Source: Pseudomonadota bacterium
GTDB lineage: Bacteria; Oederibacteriota; Muellerivitia; Muellerivitales; Muellerivitaceae
DNA length: 10,125 nt
NCBI GenBank assembly: GCA_021324075.1
Contig: JAJPJW010000123.1
Coordinates: 1 to 10,125, forward strand
Direction: 5' to 3'
Positions 1-6,480 of this stretch are shown here, one piece after another. Numbering within the stretch: position 1 is the stretch's first letter; each line of letters opens with the position of its first letter. Made by a program: the position numbers and the translations under genes. Under the pieces are notes generated by a model. It did no database searches, was not told where the DNA came from, and was given only the letters and a program-made list of their open reading frames with translations.

Positions 1-1
1 C

Positions 2-151
2 GTCCAGAAGCTCAAGATGTCCGATTTCAAGGTGACCCCTCCCTCCATTTCCCTGCTGGTGGCCTCCATCACCTGCACGGACCAGATCGAGGTTCATTAC
101 GACGTTATCTTCGCGCCGGTGGGTGAAGCCAATTCGGAAGCGAAAAAGTAA
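2..151 (+). CDS. 3' end of an upstream gene; C-terminal fragment ...DFKVTPPSISLLVASITCTDQIEVHYDVIFAPVGEANSEAKK*, hypothetical protein
   Basis: Open frame from the window edge (frame 2) ending at TAA 149-151. It stops 37 nt before the next gene, which has its own RBS, so it is probably co-transcribed. No recognisable family from this fragment. Confidence 0.4.
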   Translation, partial: VQKLKMSDFKVTPPSISLLVASITCTDQIEVHYDVIFAPVGEANSEAKK

Positions 152-187
152 GTGTTGAAAGCCGTAAAAAATTTGAGGAGGAAAGAA

Positions 188-1600
188 ATGAGAAAGCTAT
201 GGAAGTGGATGTTGGCGGTCGCCTTCCTGGCGGGCTTCACCGCCCACGGGAAAGCAGCCGAAGTGTTCAAGAACGACGACCTGGACCTGAACGTCGGAGG
301 GCGCATCCAGGAACTGGGTGAAATGGAGCTGGTGACGGACGACGGGGTCCGCAACCACTTCCGCGTGTATTTGTGGAACGTGGAAGACCGCCTTTTCACC
401 AGCGGCAGCTACAAGGACTTCAAGTGGAATTTTGAGACGACCTTCGGCGCCGAGGATATTGCCAACGGCACCAATGGTTCGCTCAATCTCTTGGACGCCA
501 ATGTGGACATTCCCCTGATCCCGGACGCGATTTACGTCAAGGTGGGACAGTTCAGGAACGGCACGAGCCTGGAAAACACCGTTTATGAGGGCAACATGCT
601 TTTCACGGAGAAATCCCCTAACTTCAACCTCTTCTTTAACGAAGGGTACGACACAGGCGTGGCCCTCTGGGGCCATTTGGGAAATTTGGACGGCGCCGCC
701 GGCATTCTTCAGGGCGCCCCGAACCTGCCCCAAAGGTATCTTCCCGAGATCGCCAATATCCCCCTGCCGACATTTATCCGGGTGGGGTACAGCGACGGGA
801 TCAACGATGACCCTTTCAAGCAAAAGGAAACCGATTTTGCCAAGCCGGACAAGCTCCAGTTTGCCGTCCATGGCGAAGGTTATATCGCGGCCGACAGCAA
901 CGCGGGCCACGGGGATCTGTTCAGCCAAATCGGCGGGAACTTGAAGACCTACAGTGACAACAGCTACTACGGGAACGTGCTGACCTCCAGCGTGTTCAAT
1001 CCCTACTTGAGCGCGCAGGGCGCCACGAACCCGGTCTCGGCCCTTTATTGCCAGGGCGGATTGGACTTCCAGGTCCGCGCCCCCTTGAGTGATACCGTCT
1101 TGACCCTGCAGGGCCAGGCCATGATCGGGCATTTCGACCTGACCGTGAACCCCGCCTTGGGGGCGTCCACGCCCCTCGGCACCGTCAATGGGAAACCCGT
1201 TTCTGTGGGGACCCAATATCAGTTGAATATCGGCGGTGGTGAATTGATGGCGGCTGTGGGCGACAAGCCCTGGGTGGTTGCGGGCCGTTTGGCCGTAGTC
1301 ATCCCGGACAACGGTTTGACCGGAACTTCGACCAACGCGAGCACCTACCGTCCAATTTTCGTGACCAGCGACCCGATCGTGGAAGTCACCCTTCCCTCGA
1401 TCACCTGGAAGATGAACGACGACGCCAAACTGGTGGCGGAAACCATGTTCATGTTCAACGCCGCCGAGGCGCAGGATGTGGACGGCAACTATGTCATCGC
1501 AGAGCAACCCGGGGCCGCCACCGGTACCAGCTACCGGGCCCCGAATATGCTGGCCGGCTTCGTTCCGATCGGCCGGATGATGTTCCAGTTCCAATATTAA
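188..1600 (+). CDS. Secreted outer-membrane beta-barrel protein (porin-like), uncharacterized family
   Basis: The ORF track gives 152..1600. I prefer ATG 188 (MRKLWKWMLAVAFLAGFTAHGKAAEV...): GGAGGA RBS at 175-180 and a classic Sec signal peptide with an A-x-A-type cleavage site. The C-terminus ...GRMMFQFQY has a terminal aromatic and alternating hydrophobics, which is the OMP beta-signal. The 506-aa ORF on the opposite strand is Arg/Gly/His-rich antisense. Confidence 0.8.
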   Translation: MRKLWKWMLAVAFLAGFTAHGKAAEVFKNDDLDLNVGGRIQELGEMELVTDDGVRNHFRVYLWNVEDRLFTSGSYKDFKWNFETTFGAEDIANGTNGSLNLLDANVDIPLIPDAIYVKVGQFRNGTSLENTVYEGNMLFTEKSPNFNLFFNEGYDTGVALWGHLGNLDGAAGILQGAPNLPQRYLPEIANIPLPTFIRVGYSDGINDDPFKQKETDFAKPDKLQFAVHGEGYIAADSNAGHGDLFSQIGGNLKTYSDNSYYGNVLTSSVFNPYLSAQGATNPVSALYCQGGLDFQVRAPLSDTVLTLQGQAMIGHFDLTVNPALGASTPLGTVNGKPVSVGTQYQLNIGGGELMAAVGDKPWVVAGRLAVVIPDNGLTGTSTNASTYRPIFVTSDPIVEVTLPSITWKMNDDAKLVAETMFMFNAAEAQDVDGNYVIAEQPGAATGTSYRAPNMLAGFVPIGRMMFQFQY

Positions 1601-1634
1601 GATTGACTGAAGGGAGCCCCAGTTAAGGCTGGGG

Positions 1635-1675
1635 CCCCTCAAAGAAGGCCCCCGCGAGGGGCCTTCTTTGAGGGG
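1635..1675 (+). terminator. Perfect 18-bp GC-rich stem-loop (cccctcaaagaaggcccc / cgcga / ggggccttctttgagggg), preceded by a smaller hairpin ccccag-ttaagg-ctgggg at 1617-1634. No U-tract on either strand.
   Basis: The inverted repeat was read directly. Arm 1635-1652 is the exact reverse complement of arm 1658-1675. It sits between the OMP stop (1600) and the RBS of the next gene (1683-1689). Confidence 0.45.
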
Positions 1676-1698
1676 AAAAACAGGAGAGAATAAACCCC

Positions 1699-2448
1699 AT
1701 GTCACCCAGCACTTCAACCCGAACGCTTCGTAAGCTCTCTCTCAGGGCTGCGATGGTGGCCGCCTGCACCGTACTCTCCTGCGGTGCGGGCCTCGCCGCC
1801 GACCCCGTTTCCATGGCCGTCAGCGCCAGGAACAACGACTACAACCTCAACGGTTCCTTCCAGGTGAAGGCCGACCCTTCGATCATTTGGGACGTGTTGA
1901 CCGCCTATGAGCAGATCCCCCGCTTCGTGGGCAACCTCAAGAAAAGCCACGTGGAGCAGGACCTGGGCGTCTATCACTTCCTCCTGGACCAGGAGTTCGA
2001 GGGGGGCTTCCTGTTCTTCACCAAGCGTGTCCGTGTCCGGTTGGATGTCCACGAAACCTGGCAGCAGCGCATCGAGTTTTTCGACATCGACCACAAGGAC
2101 TTTAACCTCTACCAGGGCAGCTGGGAAGTGAAGGTCGTCGGGGACGGGGACCAGGAAATCACCTACCGGCTGGAAGCCCAGCCCAATTTCGACGCGCCCT
2201 TCATGGGCGACAACATGGGCGGGGGAGCCAAGGACTTATTGGCCTGCGTAAGGAAGGAAATCATGCGTCGCCAAACCCTGGCCGACCGGGACCATCCGCC
2301 ACTTTCCCCCGCTTTGAGCGGCGGGGGACAAGTCTTGAATGTGCCGAGCCAAGCCGTCGACGGCATCGCAGATAACAAAGGAGTCTCAATGCAGGTTTTG
2401 ACCCAAGTCCCACCAGCCCAAGCCTCCACGGGCCTTGACAGGAAATAA
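1699..2448 (+). CDS. Secreted SRPBCC/START-like (polyketide-cyclase/Bet v1 fold) ligand-binding protein with a disordered C-terminal tail
   Basis: AGGAGA RBS 9 nt upstream of ATG 1699. N-terminal signal peptide (…AACTVLSCGAGLAADP) with a marginal lipobox, or an SPI site AGLA/ADP. The core VKADPSIIWDVLTAYEQIPRFVGNLKKSHVEQ…WEVKVVGDGDQEITYRLEAQP matches the SRPBCC pattern (V.A.P..VW.VL.DYE.YP.F). This is pattern recognition only. Confidence 0.75.
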   Translation: MSPSTSTRTLRKLSLRAAMVAACTVLSCGAGLAADPVSMAVSARNNDYNLNGSFQVKADPSIIWDVLTAYEQIPRFVGNLKKSHVEQDLGVYHFLLDQEFEGGFLFFTKRVRVRLDVHETWQQRIEFFDIDHKDFNLYQGSWEVKVVGDGDQEITYRLEAQPNFDAPFMGDNMGGGAKDLLACVRKEIMRRQTLADRDHPPLSPALSGGGQVLNVPSQAVDGIADNKGVSMQVLTQVPPAQASTGLDRK

Positions 2449-2469
2449 ACCCTCTTACTGGAACCTGCC

Positions 2470-3204
2470 CTACTTCCAATCCACCTGTTCTTTCAAGACC
2501 ATACGGTTCTGGGGGTTGATTTGGAGGGCGGAGTCCAGGGACTTCTTGAAATTTACCCGGTCGTTTTGCTTTCGGTAGGCCTTGGCCAGCCAGTAGTAAG
2601 CTTCATCCACCTTGGAGTCCAATTCCAGGACCCTTTGCAGGGTCGCGATCCCCTTTTTCACGTCGCCTCCGCCGATGGGAGGAGCCATCACGTACTGGAT
2701 GCCGGCCGCCAGTTGGACTTGGGCGTTTTGGGCGTCCAAGGCCAAGGCCTTCTTATTCTCGTCCCCGGCCTTGGGGCCGACCGACATGCCGGTAAACATG
2801 TCGCCATAGCCCAGCTTGGTTTCATATAGAAGGGCCAGGAGGCTGTGGGCACCGGCGGATTGGCCGTTGAACCCCAGGGCCTTCTGGGCAAGGGTAATGC
2901 CGAGGTCATCCCAGTATTCCGCCTGCTTGCGGTGTTTGTCCAAATCGCAGGCGCGGGATAGGTAAAGACAGGCACGGGCCCGCTGGTAACAACAATCACA
3001 GTGGCTGTTGAGCGTATCGGCGCAGGATTCCAAAGCCTGCTGGCCCTGGAAAAGCGGACCTTCTTCCAGGGTTTTGCGTCCCGTTTCCACTAGGGAAACC
3101 GCCTGGTCATAGGTCGGGGTCGGAGGGGATGGTGTTTGGGCTTTCAAATCTCGTCCGGCCTGGACAATGACGAGCAGCAACACGAACGGGGCGATTTTTT
3201 TCAT
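2470..3204 (-). CDS. Secreted/periplasmic TPR-repeat protein with a cysteine cluster (CxCC…C…C)
   Basis: ATG at 3204 (reverse complement of cat 3202-3204) followed by a signal peptide MKKIAPFVLLLVIVQAG. TPR-like helical repeats, e.g. EAYYWLAKAYRKQNDRVNFKKSLDSALQINPQN. Six Cys within ~35 aa (ESCADTLNSHCDCCYQRARACLYLSRACD). Convergent with the SRPBCC gene, 21 bp between stops. Confidence 0.8.
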   Translation of the reverse strand: MKKIAPFVLLLVIVQAGRDLKAQTPSPPTPTYDQAVSLVETGRKTLEEGPLFQGQQALESCADTLNSHCDCCYQRARACLYLSRACDLDKHRKQAEYWDDLGITLAQKALGFNGQSAGAHSLLALLYETKLGYGDMFTGMSVGPKAGDENKKALALDAQNAQVQLAAGIQYVMAPPIGGGDVKKGIATLQRVLELDSKVDEAYYWLAKAYRKQNDRVNFKKSLDSALQINPQNRMVLKEQVDWK

Positions 3205-3248
3205 CTAGCCAATTGTCCGGTGCCAAACCTTAGGCTGGCAAGTCATTC

Positions 3249-3425
3249 TCAATTATGCCGGGCGGTAGCGACGTACTTCTTTTCCACCTCGACCCAATCG
3301 GTCAGGTCGTCGCCGATCGGGCAGCCCCTTTCCAGCCAATGGAAATAAGCCGCCACTTCCAGGCTTTGGTGGTTCGTCTCCGTTTCGGGTTGTTTCTGGG
3401 ATTCCTTTTCTTTCGTCTTGGCCAT
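3249..3425 (-). CDS. Small DUF2934-like protein (58 aa)
   Basis: The track ORF 3249..3485 is trimmed to the internal ATG at 3425, which has a perfect AAGGAGG RBS (reverse complement of 3432-3438) 6 nt upstream. MAKTKEKESQKQ…EVAAYFHWLERGCPIGDDLTDWVEVEKKY matches the DUF2934 signature (A-Y-x-I/H-W-E-x-x-G-x-P-x-G-x-D-x-x-D-W). This is from memory, not a search. Confidence 0.65.
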   Translation of the reverse strand: MAKTKEKESQKQPETETNHQSLEVAAYFHWLERGCPIGDDLTDWVEVEKKYVATARHN

Positions 3426-3550
3426 GGACTTTCCTCCTTGGAATAACCTGCTTGCTTTCTCGAGGCTAGGTCCGTTTTCCGGCAAAAATCAATTGTGGAA
3501 ACGATTTGAAGAGGGTTCCCGGTTTACCTTTTTAAGGTGGGAGGACCGGC

Positions 3551-4357
3551 TTAGGGGCAGGTCGTGCCATAAAGGTAATAATTATGGCCGCTAACCAGTC
3601 CGGGGAAAAGCGAGGAGACCGGCCCAGAGGGCATGGGCGTGGGACTGCCACTGACTTGGACGTCCCAATACTGGTTGGTGGTGGAATTGTCGTCATAGAT
3701 CGCGACGTTCCCCAAGAAGGCCAGCCAATAATAATCACCCCCGGTGATCGGGATGGGCGAGCTGAAGGAAATGGTCTCAAAGGTAAAAGCGGTTGCGGCC
3801 GTGGTAAAGGTCGTGACGGGGGTGGACCCGATCAGGTTCATGGGGTTCCCCGACCCGTCATCCGCGTAAACGCCATACTGGAAATAATCGTTGCCCGCGG
3901 GACAGGCCATCTCACTCGTCATGCTGTAGATAAATCCGCTGGCTGGAGCCTGGTAACGGAACAGGAGTACATCCAATCCGTTTCTGTTGTCATCCCCATA
4001 GAGGGTGGGGATGGTCCCGATCTGGCAGGGGGGCGTGGGGGTAGAGGTAGCCGTATCGGTCGGAGTATCGGTCACCGTACCCGTCGGGCTGTTCGTGGGG
4101 GTCTGGGTGACGGTGCCGGTTGGCGTGTTGGTCGGGGTAATGGCCGGGGTGGAAGTCGTGGTAGGAGTGGGGGAAGAGGTCGGTGTCCTTGAAACGGTAA
4201 CGGTTGGGCTGTTCGTGGGTGTGGCCGCGGCCGCCGTGAAAGTCGGGGTGGGGTTGGACGTGGAATTGTCCGAGGGGGATGACGGGTTGTTGGAAGGGCA
4301 CCCGGCCAGGGGCAGGACTGTGGGCAATAAGAAGATCATCCAATAACGGCGGAGCAT
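3551..4357 (-). CDS. Lipoprotein with a 90-aa Pro/Thr-rich repeat linker and an uncharacterized ~165-aa Cys-bracketed C-terminal domain
   Basis: The track ORF 3551..4420 is trimmed to ATG 4357. That gives MLRRYWMIFLLPTVLPLAGC, a lipoprotein signal with L-A-G-C lipobox, and GGAAG upstream. A linker of TPTNSPTVTV/TPTNSPTGTV-type repeats is followed by a domain CQIGTIPTLYGDD…YYLYGTTCP with no family I recognise. The overlapping + strand ORF 3584..4192 is Gly/Arg-rich antisense. Confidence 0.75.
   Translation of the reverse strand: MLRRYWMIFLLPTVLPLAGCPSNNPSSPSDNSTSNPTPTFTAAAATPTNSPTVTVSRTPTSSPTPTTTSTPAITPTNTPTGTVTQTPTNSPTGTVTDTPTDTATSTPTPPCQIGTIPTLYGDDNRNGLDVLLFRYQAPASGFIYSMTSEMACPAGNDYFQYGVYADDGSGNPMNLIGSTPVTTFTTAATAFTFETISFSSPIPITGGDYYWLAFLGNVAIYDDNSTTNQYWDVQVSGSPTPMPSGPVSSLFPGLVSGHNYYLYGTTCP
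4028..4297 (-). repeat. In-frame Pro/Thr-rich low-complexity coding repeats (linker of the lipoprotein), with near-identical DNA segments
   Basis: Protein residues 21-110 of the lipoprotein. Repeated units are TPTNSPTVTVSR, TPTNTPTGTVTQ and TPTNSPTGTVTD. The DNA shows duplicated 15-mers (gggctgttcgtgggg at ~4087-4101 and gggctgttcgtgggt at ~4207-4221). Confidence 0.7.
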
Positions 4358-4381
4358 AGGCTTCCTTGAGGCGGCTTGAAT

Positions 4382-4395
4382 CGGTCCACGGACCG
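4382..4395. promoter_or_regulatory. Perfect 14-bp palindrome CGGTCCACGGACCG in the leader/promoter of the lipoprotein gene; an extra CGGACC half-site at 4421-4426
   Basis: Read directly. The reverse complement of CGGTCC is GGACCG. It lies between a TATACT-like -10 (reverse complement of 4410-4415) and the start codon at 4357. Confidence 0.3.
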
Positions 4396-4428
4396 GAAAG
4401 GCACAAGGAAGTATAACCAACGGACCAT

Positions 4429-4465
4429 AAAAAAAGGAGGGCTGGCCAAGCCCGCCCTCCTTTTT
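4429..4465 (-). terminator. Intrinsic terminator, bidirectional-looking: aaaaaaa-GGAGGGC…GCCCTCC-ttttt
   Basis: A GC stem (aggagggc / gccctcct) with a nested gggct/agccc. On the minus strand it is followed by a run of 7 T, about 27 nt downstream of the flotillin stop (4492). On the plus strand it is followed by 5 T. Confidence 0.65.
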
Positions 4466-4491
4466 GGTTACAAAAATTTTACAAAATCCCT

Positions 4492-6300
4492 TTAAGACTG
4501 GCTTGGAACCGGGTCGGCCGCAACGGCTGTTCCGGCCAGGGGCTTTCCATCGCCCCTTTCCCGGGCCAGTTGGCCGATGAAGGCGTCCACCAACGAGCCC
4601 CCCTTCTCGCCCGAGTTCACCAGCACGTCCGGCGTGATGCGCACTCCCTTGTCCCCGATCATCTGGATGAGTTGGAGCAGGGTGAAATGGGCCCCTCCCA
4701 GGGCCTGCACGCCCACGTTGTAGGTTTCGGCTTTGGCGTAACCCACCTGGCGTAGGGCCTCCGACTCTCCTAGCGCCCGCAGTTTCACGGCTTCCGCCTC
4801 GCCGCCCGCCTTCTTCACCGCCTGGGCGGCCTCCATTTCCGAGATGCGGACCCCCTGCTCGCTCTTGACGATGTCGTTCTGGATGTCGGCCAGGGCCGTT
4901 TCCCGCACCAGCAGCTGCCTCTGTTTTTGCGCGGCTTCCTGGATCTCATAGGTGCGCTTCTGCTCGTCGGCGATCTTGCGGTCCGTCTGCGTCTGCATCA
5001 AGGCCGCGGGCGGCGTGATATCACCGATCAGGGTGTCGATGGCCTCCACGTCGTAGGCGTCCAGGGCCTCCCGGATGTGGTCCGCCGCGGCCTTCTGGCG
5101 CTCGCTTCGCGCGGCCAGAAAGTCCAGCACCGTATGGTCCTGGGCGCTGTTCCTGAAGTAGTTGCCGATGATGGGCTCCAGAACGTGGTCCACCAGGTTC
5201 TGCATGTTGCCCACCCGGGAGATCACCTTGGGCGCCTCCGTGGCCGCCACGTGGATGATCTGCGCCACGTCCAGGTTGAAGGCGAAGCCGTCCTTCGAGC
5301 GGACGGTGATGGAGCTTAAGTTCTGGTCCCACTTGTGCGACTCGGTGCGGTTGGCCCAGTTGAGCACGATGTTGGTGGTGGGCACCAGCTCCACCTTCAT
5401 CACCCGGGTGTTGACCGGGTGCTTGCCGGGCATAAGGGGCGTCACCCAGACGCCCTTGTGGCCTTCCTGCACCAGGTCCCCGTGCTTGAACTCGGCGCCT
5501 GAGACGTCCACGTGGGCCTCACCCACGTAGGAAATGACCACCCCCACGTGGCCGATGGGCACCTCGGTCATGGGCACCTGCTCCACCCGCGTGAACCAGG
5601 GGTTCAGGTTCCAGGAGCCGGATAGGAGGATCTGTTCCTGCAGGCCCCGCTGCCCCTCCATGACCATGAAGTCCTTGATGTTCTGGAAGTTGTTATGCCC
5701 TTCCACGTTGCGCGCCGCGATTTCACCCTTGGCAATGGGCCGGCCGTCCAGGGTGGTCACGATGCCCACCTGGTCCGTCCCCACCTGGTACACGTGGAGC
5801 TGGTCGGGCATCATGCCGTGCTGCACGGCATTGTGCGCCGTGATGACCTGGAAAAGGGCCAGGTTGATGCGGTAGGTCCCGGCCGTGAGGATGCCCGCTT
5901 GGCGGCCCTTTTCACCGCCGTTAAGCAGGAAGCGCTTGGAGTCCTGGAAATGGTCGCAGTCCACCGCCCGGCCCAAGATTCGTTCCGGAGGGATAGCCTG
6001 CCCGTCATTGGCCACTACCAGCCCGATCTCGCCTTGGGGGATGACCACCATGGGTACCTTCTCGACCCGGTATTGCCAGGGCCAATAGCCCATGTGCCAG
6101 CCCGGCGCCAGGGTGTCGGCTTGGTAGCCCGCCTCCCCGTGCAGGGCGACGACTTTACCTGGAGGAAGATCCGATGTGCCGAACTTCTTTACGACGATAC
6201 CCACCTGGTCTTCCCTGATGCTGACCAGCGCCACATACATCAAAAGCAAAATAAAACCAAAGCTGGTAACAGCCAATGTAACAACTGTCGCCATATCCAT
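4492..6300 (-). CDS. Flotillin / SPFH (band-7) family membrane protein, YqiK/FloT-like
   Basis: 602 aa. AAGGAGGAAG RBS 5-7 nt upstream of ATG 6300. N-terminal TM helix (VVTLAVTSFGFILLLMYVALV), an SPFH-type core, and a C-terminal Ala/Glu/Gln-rich coiled-coil region (EAAQKQRQLL…EAEAVKLRALGESEALRQ) typical of flotillins. Confidence 0.9.
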   Translation of the reverse strand: MDMATVVTLAVTSFGFILLLMYVALVSIREDQVGIVVKKFGTSDLPPGKVVALHGEAGYQADTLAPGWHMGYWPWQYRVEKVPMVVIPQGEIGLVVANDGQAIPPERILGRAVDCDHFQDSKRFLLNGGEKGRQAGILTAGTYRINLALFQVITAHNAVQHGMMPDQLHVYQVGTDQVGIVTTLDGRPIAKGEIAARNVEGHNNFQNIKDFMVMEGQRGLQEQILLSGSWNLNPWFTRVEQVPMTEVPIGHVGVVISYVGEAHVDVSGAEFKHGDLVQEGHKGVWVTPLMPGKHPVNTRVMKVELVPTTNIVLNWANRTESHKWDQNLSSITVRSKDGFAFNLDVAQIIHVAATEAPKVISRVGNMQNLVDHVLEPIIGNYFRNSAQDHTVLDFLAARSERQKAAADHIREALDAYDVEAIDTLIGDITPPAALMQTQTDRKIADEQKRTYEIQEAAQKQRQLLVRETALADIQNDIVKSEQGVRISEMEAAQAVKKAGGEAEAVKLRALGESEALRQVGYAKAETYNVGVQALGGAHFTLLQLIQMIGDKGVRITPDVLVNSGEKGGSLVDAFIGQLARERGDGKPLAGTAVAADPVPSQS

Positions 6301-6364
6301 AGAACTTCCTCCTTGTGGGACGGTGTTGACGGCTTTCCGCCCAACGATTTAACTAATAGTAAAA

Positions 6365-6412
6365 ACGGCCCCCGAAAATAGGGGGATAAATGGCCGTAAA
6401 TTAATTGAATTC
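6365..6412. promoter_or_regulatory. Divergent promoter/operator region between the flotillin and VIT genes: nested hairpin ACGGCC[CCCCgaaaataGGGGG ataaat]GGCCGT, then AT-rich palindrome AATTAATT and GAATTC
   Basis: Inverted repeats read directly. ccccc 6369-6373 pairs with ggggg 6381-6385, and acggcc 6365-6370 pairs with ggccgt 6392-6397. AATTAATT at 6399-6406 is self-complementary. The region is conspicuously AT-rich for this DNA. Candidate -35 TTGAAT at 6405-6410 and -10-like TAAGAT at 6437-6442. Confidence 0.3.
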
Positions 6413-6480
6413 TTGTGTTCCGGCTTTTTACTGGGATAAGATCAGTCCCGCTTTTCAATGTCGGCTCCCAGAAAGAACCC

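Noticed and set aside
197-1717. 506-aa ORF on the minus strand spanning the whole OMP gene
   Set aside because: Arg/Gly/His/Pro-rich composition typical of the antisense frame of a high-GC gene, with no RBS or signal features. The plus-strand gene has RBS, signal peptide and an OMP C-terminal beta-signal.
3584-4192. 202-aa plus-strand ORF (Gly/Arg-rich) and 3990..4406 minus ORF overlapping the lipoprotein gene
   Set aside because: Low-complexity GRG-rich translation of the antisense or alternate frame of the Pro/Thr repeat region. The lipoprotein frame has lipobox, RBS and coherent domain structure.
4028-4297. Possible CRISPR-like or satellite repeat at the DNA level
   Set aside because: The repetition is in-frame coding for Pro/Thr units, imperfect, with no spacer/repeat architecture. 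It is a low-complexity linker, not a CRISPR array.
6415-6480. GTG start at 6415 for the VIT gene as given in the ORF track
   Set aside because: No RBS, and the extra 22 residues (MFRLFTGIRSVPLFNVGSQKEP) are not VIT-like. I prefer the first ATG (6481), which begins with the His tract. Start is not certain.
6301-6480. yybP-ykoY (Mn) riboswitch upstream of the VIT gene
   Set aside because: I looked for the conserved GGGGAGUA-type loop motifs expected for this riboswitch class and did not find them; only AGGGGGAUA is present. Not supported.
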